A stretch of 64,000 bases of DNA, taken from the NCBI GenBank assembly GCA_964392865.1, contig CAYMRJ010000001.1, forward strand, positions 71,263 to 135,262. The letters are read 5' to 3'. The stretch's first letter is position 1, and each line of letters opens with the position of its first letter. The position numbers were made by a program, and so were the translations under genes. Positions 47,343-56,800 of the stretch are shown piece after piece. Origin of the DNA: an uncultured Staphylococcaceae bacterium (lineage in GTDB: Bacteria > Bacillota_I > Bacilli_A > RFN20 > CAG-826). The notes below the pieces were generated by a model. That model saw only the letters and a list, made by a program, of their open reading frames with translations, did not search any database and had not been told where the DNA came from.

Positions 47343-47944
47343 GAATAAAGTATCCTAACGGCGTTAAGTCCGATTATGACGAAACGCTAAATACAACAAC
47401 TAAGAAGAAGGCTTCCCCAAACATCATTGCGACCGCCGCCAATAGGGGGATGTCCTTCGAAGCGGACATCAACCAATCCTGCGAATACTATCTGGAAAAG
47501 GACATCGCCTTGATCACCAAGAGGCCGACCCCGATCAATGTCGTGAAGGTCGACTACTCGAAGAAGGCCAAGATCACCCACGCCTATTTCGAGAAGCAAT
47601 CGACGACCGACTATAACGGGGTCTACCAGGGACGCTACTTGGACTTCGAAGCCAAGGAGACGAAAAACAATACATCCTTCCCTTTAGGAAACATCGCCCC
47701 GCAGCAGGTAAAACACTTGCAAAACGTGATTAAAAACGGCGGTTTTGCGTTTTTTCTAATCCGTTTAGCCGTTCAAAATGAGACTTATCTCCTAAAAGCC
47801 AGCTACGTCTGCGACTTCTATGAAAAAGCGCCTAGAAAGTCGATTCCAGTAGCGGATATCAAAGAAAAAGGATATCTGGTTAAGGAAGGCTATAGCCCGC
47901 GCTACGATTTCTTGGCCGCTTTCGATGAAGCCTTCTTGAAGTAA
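47339..47944 (+). CDS. recU: Holliday junction resolvase RecU
   Basis: Strong alignment to B. subtilis RecU: RGMSFEADIN, TDYNGVYQGRYLDFEAKETKNNTSFPL; 201 aa. Confidence 0.9.
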   Translation: MRIKYPNGVKSDYDETLNTTTKKKASPNIIATAANRGMSFEADINQSCEYYLEKDIALITKRPTPINVVKVDYSKKAKITHAYFEKQSTTDYNGVYQGRYLDFEAKETKNNTSFPLGNIAPQQVKHLQNVIKNGGFAFFLIRLAVQNETYLLKASYVCDFYEKAPRKSIPVADIKEKGYLVKEGYSPRYDFLAAFDEAFLK

Positions 47945-48585
47945 AGGCAATCGTCCCTAAAGGGACATTCTTCGCAATTCGGGTTCTTGGCGTGGCATAT
48001 TTCCCGCCCGAAAGCTATGAAGCGGTGGTGGAAACTGATCCATTCTTTTTCCTCGATGGCCGCTTCCAGTTTCTGTTCGACTGAATAGGCATCGTCTTCT
48101 TCCTTTGCGATGCCGAGTCTCTTGCTGACTCTTTGAATATGGGTGTCGACGGGGATCGCCGGCCGCCCGGCAGTCTCTGCCAGCACAACCCCGGCCGTCT
48201 TTCTACCGACGCCAGGTAGTTTGACCAAATCATCATAGCCAGGTACTTCTCCCCCATGTTCTTCGACAAGGGCCCGGGAGGTAAGGATTATGTTCCTGGC
48301 CTTGTTCTTGTATAGGCCTAAAGGACGGATTATCTCCTCAACATACTGTTGAGAGGCTTTTGCTAAATTATTCGCAGTTGGATACTTTTTGAATAAAGTA
48401 GGCGTTACAAGATTCACTTTGCGGTCCGTGCACTGGGCCGAAAGCATGGTTGCGATAAGGCATTGGAACGGGGTTTCGAAGTCCAAAGTACATGCGGCGT
48501 TAGGAAAAAGGGAGGCCAAGCTCCTTACCAAATATTCGGGATCAACGGTCGCCGAAGAGCTTCTTGGCCAAGGCGAACGTTTCAT
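47902..48585 (-). CDS. nth: Endonuclease III (start uncertain; ATG 48583 or TTG 48531)
   Basis: HhH-GPD motif, LPGVGRKTA, C-terminal [4Fe-4S] CHAKNPNCEECPFRDDC; convergent overlap with recU 3' end. Confidence 0.85.
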   Translation of the reverse strand: MKRSPWPRSSSATVDPEYLVRSLASLFPNAACTLDFETPFQCLIATMLSAQCTDRKVNLVTPTLFKKYPTANNLAKASQQYVEEIIRPLGLYKNKARNIILTSRALVEEHGGEVPGYDDLVKLPGVGRKTAGVVLAETAGRPAIPVDTHIQRVSKRLGIAKEEDDAYSVEQKLEAAIEEKEWISFHHRFIAFGREICHAKNPNCEECPFRDDCLYFKKASSKAAKKS

Positions 48586-49195
48586 CGATGTCGGCGTCAT
48601 AGGCTTCGCTTACGGCGCTATGACCTTCTTTTTCGATATCGCGGCGTTTTCTTAGTTGCTTCAATGCCCTTTCGACGGCCTTGAAGTTCTTGTTGCCGGC
48701 GGAGAGGCAATCGAGGAAGGCGTCTTTGATATCTTCCTTCGAATAACCGAGAACGAACCATTCCTGAAGGGTCGTTTGTTCCAAAGGACTTAGTGAGCGT
48801 CCCAATTTTTGTTCGATGAATCCTGCGATCTCGCTGATTTCTTGGGCTTTTTCGGCATTGGCGATGGTTTCTTCTTCCCTCTCCAAGCGCTTGGCAAAAT
48901 CCGTATAGACCCTCTCCTGGATAGGTTCGAGGGATGTTTTCATGCCCTTCTTTTCCGGAACGTAGTCGATAAGGTTCCTCTTGAGCAAAGCAGAAAGGAT
49001 CTTCTCTATCTCGCTCGGGCGAAGAGACATCTTGAGAGCAAGGGCATCGGCAGTGATCATCCGATTTCCCTGCTTCTGGAGGTGGGCAATCATGAGGATT
49101 ACGGCCAGTTCGTTTTCGGTAAGGGCCAGGGACTTATATTGCTCAAGCAAAACGTATTCGAAGTCCAATGCACCATAGAGCCTATTCTTCTGCAT
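48542..49195 (-). CDS. dnaD: DnaD-domain replication initiation/membrane attachment protein
   Basis: Start MQKNRLYGALDFEYV; winged-helix N-domain + DnaD C-domain composition; dnaD-nth adjacency as in B. subtilis. Confidence 0.7.
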   Translation of the reverse strand: MQKNRLYGALDFEYVLLEQYKSLALTENELAVILMIAHLQKQGNRMITADALALKMSLRPSEIEKILSALLKRNLIDYVPEKKGMKTSLEPIQERVYTDFAKRLEREEETIANAEKAQEISEIAGFIEQKLGRSLSPLEQTTLQEWFVLGYSKEDIKDAFLDCLSAGNKNFKAVERALKQLRKRRDIEKEGHSAVSEAYDADIDETFALAKKLFGDR

Positions 49196-49796
49196 GGTAT
49201 CCCTTCCTTTCTTCCTCTTTGACCTTCGCGGCCGGAACATTATCCAAAAGAGGCCTCAATCTGTCGATGGCCTTGCCTGTTGCCGTATCAAAATTAAAGT
49301 TAAGTTTTTCCCTTAGTCTCAGCGCCCGGATTATCCTTAGGGGATCTTCCCTGATCCTCTTTTCTGGATCTCCAATGAAACGGATGGTCTTCGATTTGAG
49401 ATCGGCAAAGCCTCCAGCGTAATCGATCAAGCGGTAATCTTCATCCAAGTACATGGCGTTGATCGTGAAGTCGCGCCTCTTGTAATCCTGGATCGGATCC
49501 TTGACGAAGTTGACGAATCGGGGGTGCCTCATATCGTCATAAGGTCCTTCTTCTCGCAGGGTCGTAATCTCGATCGGTTTCTTCTTTATCCTTATGGAAC
49601 CGTACTTCGAAAATGAAAATTCCGCGTCCTTTAAAAATTCTTCTTCATCCGCCGGTGTGGCATCGGTTGCCATATCGAAATCGGTGAACGGAATGCCTAA
49701 GAGGTAGTCCCTTACGGAACCCCCTACAAGGTACAAACGAAAGCCCCTAGCCTTAAAGGCTTGGACATATTCATCGAATACGGTCAGGCGATCCAT
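49182..49796 (-). CDS. PolyA polymerase/CCA-adding-enzyme head-domain nucleotidyltransferase, short (204 aa)
   Basis: GGSVRD...DFD nucleotidyltransferase motif and RRDFTINA motif; lacks the usual C-terminal body/tail domains. Confidence 0.6.
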   Translation of the reverse strand: MDRLTVFDEYVQAFKARGFRLYLVGGSVRDYLLGIPFTDFDMATDATPADEEEFLKDAEFSFSKYGSIRIKKKPIEITTLREEGPYDDMRHPRFVNFVKDPIQDYKRRDFTINAMYLDEDYRLIDYAGGFADLKSKTIRFIGDPEKRIREDPLRIIRALRLREKLNFNFDTATGKAIDRLRPLLDNVPAAKVKEEERKGYHAEE

Positions 49797-49857
49797 CGGT
49801 TCATATTACTACAAGAAAAGGGCCCTTGCGGGCCCTCGGAGATCTTTTGGGTTTCGC

Positions 49858-50130
49858 TTAGTTCAGGCGATCCTTGAGGGTCTTGCTGACCTTGAAGGCG
49901 ACGGTGCTGCTGGCAGCGATGGTGATCTTTTCCTGGGTGGCGGGGTTGGTGCCTTCGCGAGCGGCACGTTCCTTCTTGGCAAAGATGCCGAAGCCAGAGA
50001 TCTTGACCTCTTCGCCGGCGATGAGGGCATCGGCGATGATTTCGACAGCAGCGTCGACGGCGGCTTCCGCGTCGCGGCCAGTGAGTTCGGCCTTCTCGGC
50101 AACCTTCTTGATGAGTTCAGCTTTGTTCAT
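49858..50130 (-). CDS. hup: DNA-binding protein HU
   Basis: MNKAELIKKVAEKAELT...GFGIFAKKERAAREGTNPATQEKI; 90 aa; start at internal ATG 50128-50130. Confidence 0.9.
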   Translation of the reverse strand: MNKAELIKKVAEKAELTGRDAEAAVDAAVEIIADALIAGEEVKISGFGIFAKKERAAREGTNPATQEKITIAASSTVAFKVSKTLKDRLN

Positions 50131-50313
50131 GGTTGTCTCCTTATAAGCTTTGAGCAAAAGGTATAACCCCCAACGGGGTTTTGCAAGAATTTTTGCTGAA
50201 AAATTGCGCAAAATTCATTCGGACGGAGTTTTGCAAGGATACGGTTTTGCGGGGTTATTTGATTCGGTTTTGACCCTTTCTTCCAAAGGAAGAAAAGGAG
50301 ACTTTAAATCTCT

Positions 50314-51618
50314 CTATTTCCGCAATCTGTAGATGATTTTGATGGGACTTCCCGAGAAATCGAAAGCTTCCCGAAGCTGATTTTCCAGATAGCGGGTGTA
50401 ACTAAAATGGGCGTGCTCGGGGTTGTTGCAGAACATGACGAAAGTCGGGGGTTCGACTGCCACCTGTGAGGCGTAGTAGATCTTGAGGCGCCCGTGGTTG
50501 AAATCGGGGGTCGGGTTATAGGCTTGAGCGTCCCGGATGAGATTGTTCAACAGGCCCGTAGGCACACGCCTATTATAACTCTCGTGTGCCTTACACACGT
50601 ACGTAAGAAGGTTGTCGATGCCCCTTCCGGTCTTCGCGGAAATGAAGGCAATGGAAGCGTAATCGAGGAATTTCATCCCCGAAGCGATCTTTTCCCGGAA
50701 CTCTTTTTCGTCGGTCACAGCGTGCTTTTCGGCATCCCATTTGTTGATGGCTAGGACGATGGCCTTGTTTTGCTCGACGGCATAGCCGACCACGTGCTTG
50801 TCCTGTTCAACAAGGCCTTTGGTGGCATCGATCAAGAGGACCGCAACATCGGATCTATCGATGGCTCTTAGGGCTCTAAGGGCGGAATATTTATCTACCG
50901 CCTCATAGATCTTTCCTCTTTTATTTAGTCCGGCGGTATCAATAACCACATAGTCATGCCCATTGCGGGTAAAGGGGCTATCCAGACTATCCCTGGTAGT
51001 GCCGGAGATATTGGAAACGATGGATCTGGGGTCTCCGAGGAGCGTATTGGCCAAAGAAGACTTCCCGACATTCGGGACGCCGATGAGGCAGAAGGTAATG
51101 GCGTCGCCGTAAGGCTTTTCTTTCACTTCGGGCAATAGCTCGACGGCCTTATCGAGAAGGTCGCCGATGCCGATGCCGTGGGCAGCCGAAATGGCGATAG
51201 GCTCGCCCAAACCCAAGGAATAGAAATCGCCGGTGTCGCCGATTTCGTTCAGCGAATCGATCTTGTTGACGGCGAGGATGATGGGCTTCCCGCAGTCATA
51301 GAGCATCTTGGCCACGGCTCTATCGTCGGCCGAAAGACCCTTTTTCCCGTCGGCCACGAAGACGATGACATCGGCTTCCTTGATGGCGATTTCGGCCTGG
51401 GCCCTGATTTCGGCTTGGAAGGGGGCGTTCTTCACTTCGACACCGCCGGTATCGATGAGGGTGAATTCCTTGGTCAACCAAGTTGCCTTGGTATAGAGGC
51501 GGTCCCTCGTGACCCCCGGGGTATCCAAAACGATGGCCTTCCTTTCGCCGGCGATGCGGTTGAAAAGGGTCGACTTCCCCGAGTTCGGGGATCCGACCAA
51601 AGCCAATGTGCCTAGCAT
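50314..51618 (-). CDS. der: GTPase Der (EngA)
   Basis: Two tandem GTPase domains (GSPNSGKST; GVPNVGKSS) + KH-like C-terminus; 434 aa. Confidence 0.9.
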   Translation of the reverse strand: MLGTLALVGSPNSGKSTLFNRIAGERKAIVLDTPGVTRDRLYTKATWLTKEFTLIDTGGVEVKNAPFQAEIRAQAEIAIKEADVIVFVADGKKGLSADDRAVAKMLYDCGKPIILAVNKIDSLNEIGDTGDFYSLGLGEPIAISAAHGIGIGDLLDKAVELLPEVKEKPYGDAITFCLIGVPNVGKSSLANTLLGDPRSIVSNISGTTRDSLDSPFTRNGHDYVVIDTAGLNKRGKIYEAVDKYSALRALRAIDRSDVAVLLIDATKGLVEQDKHVVGYAVEQNKAIVLAINKWDAEKHAVTDEKEFREKIASGMKFLDYASIAFISAKTGRGIDNLLTYVCKAHESYNRRVPTGLLNNLIRDAQAYNPTPDFNHGRLKIYYASQVAVEPPTFVMFCNNPEHAHFSYTRYLENQLREAFDFSGSPIKIIYRLRK

Positions 51619-52307
51619 GAAGGAGTAACTCCCGTCTTCTCCTTGACGACGGCGAGGACGGCTTCGACCGCTTCATCGACGGTCATGAAGGAGGTATCGA
51701 TCAAAACGGAATCGGGGGCCGGCTTAAGGGGAGCGAAGGCGCGGTGGCTATCGATGTAGTCGCGCTTGCGGACGTCTTCTTCGACCTCGGCATAGGAGGT
51801 CGGAATCCCTTTGGCCATATTTTCTTCGTAGCGCCTGACGGCCCGGGTTTCGACCGAAGCGATCTGGTAGATCTTGACCTGGGCATTGGGCAAAACGTAG
51901 GTGCCGATGTCGCGTCCGTCCATTACGACGCTTTTGGATTCGGCCATGGCCCGCTGCATATCGACGAGGGCGAGGCGGACGTTCTTATAGGAAGCGATAT
52001 AGGAAACGTTGCCCGACACCAAGGGCTCGCGGATGACTTTGGTGACGTCTTCCCCGTTGCAAAGAACAGTCCCATCCGGCAGCAGATCGATGGTCAGACC
52101 TTCGAGCAGGGTTTCGCTTTGCCTTTCGTCTTTCGGATCGAGGCCCTTCTTGATGACGGCATAGGTCACCGCCCGATACATGGCCCCAGTATCGATGTAG
52201 GTAAAGCCCAGAAGGCGGGCAACCTTCTTGGCGACGGTAGATTTGCCGGCGGCGGCCGGCCCGTCGATGGCGACGCTGATGGCAGTTTCTTTCTCGGACA
52301 TAATCAC
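51612..52307 (-). CDS. cmk: Cytidylate kinase
   Basis: P-loop DGPAAAGKSTV; 231 aa. Confidence 0.9.
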   Translation of the reverse strand: MIMSEKETAISVAIDGPAAAGKSTVAKKVARLLGFTYIDTGAMYRAVTYAVIKKGLDPKDERQSETLLEGLTIDLLPDGTVLCNGEDVTKVIREPLVSGNVSYIASYKNVRLALVDMQRAMAESKSVVMDGRDIGTYVLPNAQVKIYQIASVETRAVRRYEENMAKGIPTSYAEVEEDVRKRDYIDSHRAFAPLKPAPDSVLIDTSFMTVDEAVEAVLAVVKEKTGVTPSC

Positions 52308-52594
52308 TTCACCCAGAAGAAATAGAGAAGGGCCATCAAGACGATGGCCAGGACCAAAACGGCGATCTTGATGATGAGATGGATCCGCTTGTTCTTGACG
52401 TAGCGGTCATAGGGCGTCAGTTCCTTTTCCTTGTCGCCGGCCATGGCGATGGCTTCGCTGGAGCGTGCCAATTTCGACATCTCGTCGATGTCGCCTTGTT
52501 CCATCTCTTCGATGTGGGTCGTTCCGGAGTCCTTGAAATTGGAACTGGCGATCTTGTCGCGGTAACGCTTCCAGATGCGGACCCGGGTTTTCAT
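52304..52594 (-). CDS. Small single-TM membrane protein of unknown function
   Basis: 96 aa; C-terminal TM LIIKIAVLVLAIVLMALLYFFWV; overlaps cmk start by 4 nt. Confidence 0.4.
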   Translation of the reverse strand: MKTRVRIWKRYRDKIASSNFKDSGTTHIEEMEQGDIDEMSKLARSSEAIAMAGDKEKELTPYDRYVKNKRIHLIIKIAVLVLAIVLMALLYFFWVK

Positions 52595-52654
52595 CCTCGA
52601 TATCTTACCCGCTGCGCCTGCTTAGATAAAGGGCGAGCCCTTAAGGGCTGATTA

Positions 52655-52683
52655 TTGAAAGCAGGGAGCCCCAAACCTATAAT
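52655..52683 (+). promoter_or_regulatory. Near-consensus sigma-A promoter for ferredoxin gene (TTGAAA-17-TATAAT)
   Basis: -35 TTGAAA 52655-52660, 17-nt spacer, -10 TATAAT 52678-52683; AAGGAG RBS at 52696-52701. Confidence 0.55.
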
Positions 52684-52709
52684 GGCGCCGGTGTTAAGGA
52701 GATTTATCA

Positions 52710-52901
52710 ATGGCAAACAAAGTCAAGGTTACCGACGCCTGCCAAGGCTGCACCCTCTGCACGCTGACTTGCCCGGAAGTCTTCCAGATGAATGATAGCG
52801 GCCTCGCCGAAGCGATCGTCGATACCATTCCGGAAGGCCAGGAAGCCGCTGCCAAGGAAGCTGCCGACGGATGCCCGGTCGCGGCCATCGTCATCGAATA
52901 A
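52710..52901 (+). CDS. 4Fe-4S ferredoxin (single-cluster type)
   Basis: 63 aa with CxxCxxC...CP cysteine pattern (CQGCTLCTLTCP ... CPV). Confidence 0.8.
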   Translation: MANKVKVTDACQGCTLCTLTCPEVFQMNDSGLAEAIVDTIPEGQEAAAKEAADGCPVAAIVIE

Positions 52902-52915
52902 CCTAAAGGCAAAGA

Positions 52916-52945
52916 AGAGACCGTCCCCTGAGGACGGTTTTTTCA
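52916..52945. terminator. Bidirectional terminator between fer (+) and ribU (-)
   Basis: GACCGTCC-CCTGAG-GACGGTT followed by TTTTT. Confidence 0.55.
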
Positions 52946-53653
52946 TGCCTTGGCGGCTTTGATGAAGCGGTGGGTATAGCGATAGACGATGAAAGTCAGA
53001 AGGATGACGATGGCGTCCTTCAAGAGATTGAACGGCAAAACGGCATAAAGCCCATAGCTCCAGCCGATGTCGGTGATCCAAGGCATGGCCAATTGGCAGA
53101 CGGCCAAAAGGCTTTCTTCGTCCATGCCGGCCATGACGTTGGCATAGAAAGGCATGAGGACATAGACATTCATGATCAGGGCGACCAGAAGCTGAAGCAA
53201 AGTCCCGACGCCAAAGCCGATGGCCACCCCCTTTAGGTCCCTCTTCTTCCTATAGATATAGGAACAAGGGACGACGAAGAAGATCGAGATGACGAGGTCT
53301 CCGAGTTCCCCGACTCCCATGCTGGTCGTCATCGGAAGCTTCACGAAGGTCTTTACCAAGATGGCCCCGATGGCGGCATAAGGCCCATAGGCGAAGCCGG
53401 CGATGAAGCAAGGAACCTCGTCGATATGGATGGCGAGGAAACTCGGGAATATCGGGATCGAGAAGTTGAAGATCGGCACGACGTAAAGGATGGCGGCCAG
53501 GGCGCCGAAGAGCGCCGTGGCGGCCACGGTCCTCGTGGTCGTTTTGTGCTTGATGGGATGGGCTTTGAAGTAAACGTAAGCGGTGCAAACAAGGAGGATT
53601 ATGAAGACGATAAGCGCGCAAATACCCCTTATATCCATAAAAAATACCCCCAT
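52943..53653 (-). CDS. ribU: ECF transporter S component, probable riboflavin transporter RibU
   Basis: 236-aa 6-TM S-component-like protein directly preceded by an FMN riboswitch. Confidence 0.7.
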   Translation of the reverse strand: MGVFFMDIRGICALIVFIILLVCTAYVYFKAHPIKHKTTTRTVAATALFGALAAILYVVPIFNFSIPIFPSFLAIHIDEVPCFIAGFAYGPYAAIGAILVKTFVKLPMTTSMGVGELGDLVISIFFVVPCSYIYRKKRDLKGVAIGFGVGTLLQLLVALIMNVYVLMPFYANVMAGMDEESLLAVCQLAMPWITDIGWSYGLYAVLPFNLLKDAIVILLTFIVYRYTHRFIKAAKA

Positions 53654-53656
53654 GCA

Positions 53657-53806
53657 CCGCGGGGGATGAGTTCACGGCGATCTTCAATCCGGACTTTACC
53701 GTTGGCTCCGGAGTCTCACCGGATCGTGCCTAGACTTAGGCTCGCGGGCTATACCGCCAGTTGACGAAACTCTCGTCACCCTGATGCGAGCCTAATTCTA
53801 GTGCAC
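53657..53806 (-). ncRNA. FMN riboswitch (RFN element) with terminator-type expression platform
   Basis: Minus strand: CAGGGTGACG...CTGGCGGTATAGCCCGCGAGCC...CCGGTGAGAC...CCAACGGTAAAGTCCGGATTGAAGAT then hairpin CCCCCGCGGTGCATGGGGG + TTTTTT before ribU ATG. Confidence 0.7.
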
Positions 53807-53829
53807 TTGTCCTTATTGTCAAATAAGGC

Positions 53830-56800
53830 CTAGGAAATGTAGATGAAGCCGTCTTCGTCCTTATGGAGGCCGTGGCGCTTGTCGATGGCCTCGCGGAGGG
53901 CGTTCTTGATGTGGGTCTTCCGCTTTTCGCTTACGACTTCGTAGCCGAAGAGAAGGGAGACCTGCTTTATGAGATCGCTTTCGCTCATCTTCCCTTGGGC
54001 GTAGATGATGTCGCTGCAGGCGTTGCTGATCTCGATGTAGGAAATATCCTGGATGTCGCGCTTGTTCTCGCTCTTGTCGATGCGGTAGTAAGGCCAGGCC
54101 TCGGGCACGAAACCGGAGGGATAGTAGAAGGGTTCGCTGGTGCATAGCTCCGTGACCTTCGGGGTATCGCCGATGGCCAATTCGATCGAGGAGCGGAGCT
54201 TAATGCCGAGCGTCTTCTTGTCGAGGGCCTTCTTGGTCTTCTCCATGATGAGCCGCCTGGAAATCGGGCCTTCGGCATCGATGAGGCGCTTCACGGCCTC
54301 GAAGATCCTGACATCCTCGATCGAGGAGCTCGGCATATCGAGGTCGGCGTATTCGTAGGGAATCTGGTTCGGATAGAGGTTGACCTGTTTCCGGTTGAAA
54401 GAGACAGGGCCAGAATCGATGGTCCCGACATCTTCTTCGCCGACGGGTTCATTTATTTTGGCCACGATCTGGCGCACCACTTGATCGGGATGATCGAAAT
54501 ATTCGATCGACCAGAAGCGCATGAGGCGCCACCGGAGGTTCTTGAGGATGCTGGGCTGGACCAGGTTCCTATCTCTCGAAGTCGGGGTATCGCAGTAGCT
54601 AGGACCATCGAGCAAGATGCCCAAGGTGAACTTATCGGGATCGGCGGGATCGACGATGGCCAGATCGAGCCTGAAGGTCGAAGTCCCGAGGTCGACGACG
54701 GACTTATAGCCGAGTTTCTTGAGGTCCTCGGCCAGATATTTGGCGACCGTTTCCTTCCTGTCGTAAACGACGTTGCCTTGAAGATTCGGAAGGTAGGAGG
54801 TGCCTTCGGAAGCGAAGGTCAGGAAGTCCCGGAGGTAGCGGGCCCCTTCGTTCTTGGCCCTTTCGGCCCTGATCATTTCGGGCTTGATCGAAGAGAAGAC
54901 GATCATCTCCTCCCTGGAACGGGTGATGGCGACGTTCAAACGGCGTTCGCCCTTTTCCCTCGAAAGGGGGCCAAAGTTAAGCGAGAGGACCCCGGTCTTG
55001 GGATCGGGACCGTAGGTTACCGAGAAAAGGATGACGTCCCTTTCGTCCCCTTGGACGTTTTCGAGGTTCTTGACGAAGATCGACTCGCCGCCCGGATTGC
55101 TGTCGAGGCGGTTCTTCCCTTCTTCTTTTTCCAGCATGTCCATGATGAGGTTCTGCTGGGCTTCGTTGAAGGTGATGACGCCGATGGATTTCTGGCTGAG
55201 CTCGGGATCCTTGAGGCGGCGCATGACCTCGGCGACGATGGCCTTGGCTTCGTCCTTGTTGATGCCCTTGCCGCGCTCGTACTTCCCCTTTATGTAGCGG
55301 TATGAAACCGACTGCTTCTCGCTTTCCGGAGAAGGGAACGTAAGCAGGGTGTTCCCATAGAACTGGTTGTTGCTATAGGCGATAAGGGATTCGTGGCGGC
55401 TGCGGTAATGCCAATTGAGGCGGTTCCGCTTAAGGCCCATGACGATGGCGTCGTCGAGCAAGGACTCGAGATCCTCGTCGAGGCTCTTGAAGTAGTCGCC
55501 GCCTTCGATGGAACCGGAGACGTTGACGGCGAAGTAGTTGCTCGGCGGCATCTGCTGCTGGTCGCCGGCAATGACAATCGACTTGGCCCTGGAGATGGCG
55601 CCGACGGCTTCGCTGGTCGGAATCTGGCTGGCTTCATCAAAGATGACGACGTCGAACTTATCGGTGGGCTGGAGGAATTGGGCCACCGAAAGCGGCGACA
55701 TCAGGAAGCAGGGGCATAGGGTATGGATGAGATCGGAGAAGGAAACGAAGATGTTCCTTAGCGAGATGGAACGGCCGCCGCTACGGGCGATCTTCCTCAG
55801 CTGATAGACCTCGGTAGTCGAAGCGAGGTTTTCGGTAACCAAGGGGTAGGACTTGGTGATGCGGCTCGCCGTTTCGACGACCGAAAGGCGCTCCAGTTCG
55901 TTTAGTTCCTTCCCGTAGTCTTCGATGGTCTTGAGGACTTCTTCGCCGGAAAGGTTTTCGAGCTTGGCGTCCTTGGCGGCGTAGGCCACGGTCTTGTAGC
56001 AAAGGGCATTGACGTAGGCGTCGCGGAGCTCGAGGTCGCCGATACGGCCTTCCTCGTAGCTTTCGACGAGGCCTTCCGGAGAAACGGCCCGGCATTCGTC
56101 CAAAACGGTCAGGAACTTCGTCCAGCCGCCGAGGAGCCCTTCGTTTGCGATGACGTTACTAACCTTCTGGGCTTCCTTCTTGAAGTATTCGCGGTCGTCC
56201 GGATAGCGTTCGGTATCGAAGTCGAACTTGTTCCTTAACTGATCGCAGACGAAGGAGCGTTCCGATAGATGGCGACGCAGTTTCCGGTCATTGTCTTCCC
56301 AGAGTTTCGTGTAATCCCCGCCGGCTTTTGCGAGGATATCGGCCAATTTTTCGAAGTTGGTATTGCGGGCGCAGTCCATCTCGCGAAGGAGTTTTCCGAT
56401 CTTGATCGAAGCCTCATAGCCCTTCTCGATAGCTTCGTACCTTTCCGGTTCCCCGGGAAGGCTCGGGAAGATGAATTTCGGATAAGAGCCGAGGTTCTCG
56501 ACCTGCTTATGGAGATTGTCCAAAGCCTTGAGGCTTTCGACGGTAACAAGAGAAAGTTTCTTGTTCGGCTTCCCGCCTTCGAGGTAGTAATCCTTGAGGA
56601 TCTTCTGGATTTCCTTAAGCGGTTTCTTCCGCTTGAAGAGAGAAGCCTGAGTGAACTCTTCCTTCAGGTCGCTGAGTTCCCCGACCTCGGCCGAAAGGAT
56701 CGTCCGGTCGAAGGATTTGGTGACCTTCTTGGAAATGGTGGCGATTTCCTTATTGAGGCTCAGATACTTCCTGAGGGTATCCTCGGCATCGAGGAAGATT

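Noticed and set aside
49858-50211. 117-aa version of the HU ORF, and the 222-aa pgsA and 184-aa-class extended starts for gpsB/tcdA/dnaD/parB
   Set aside because: The extensions are non-homologous, low-complexity, and in several cases run into upstream genes or rnpB. Internal ATGs that align with known protein N-termini were chosen instead.
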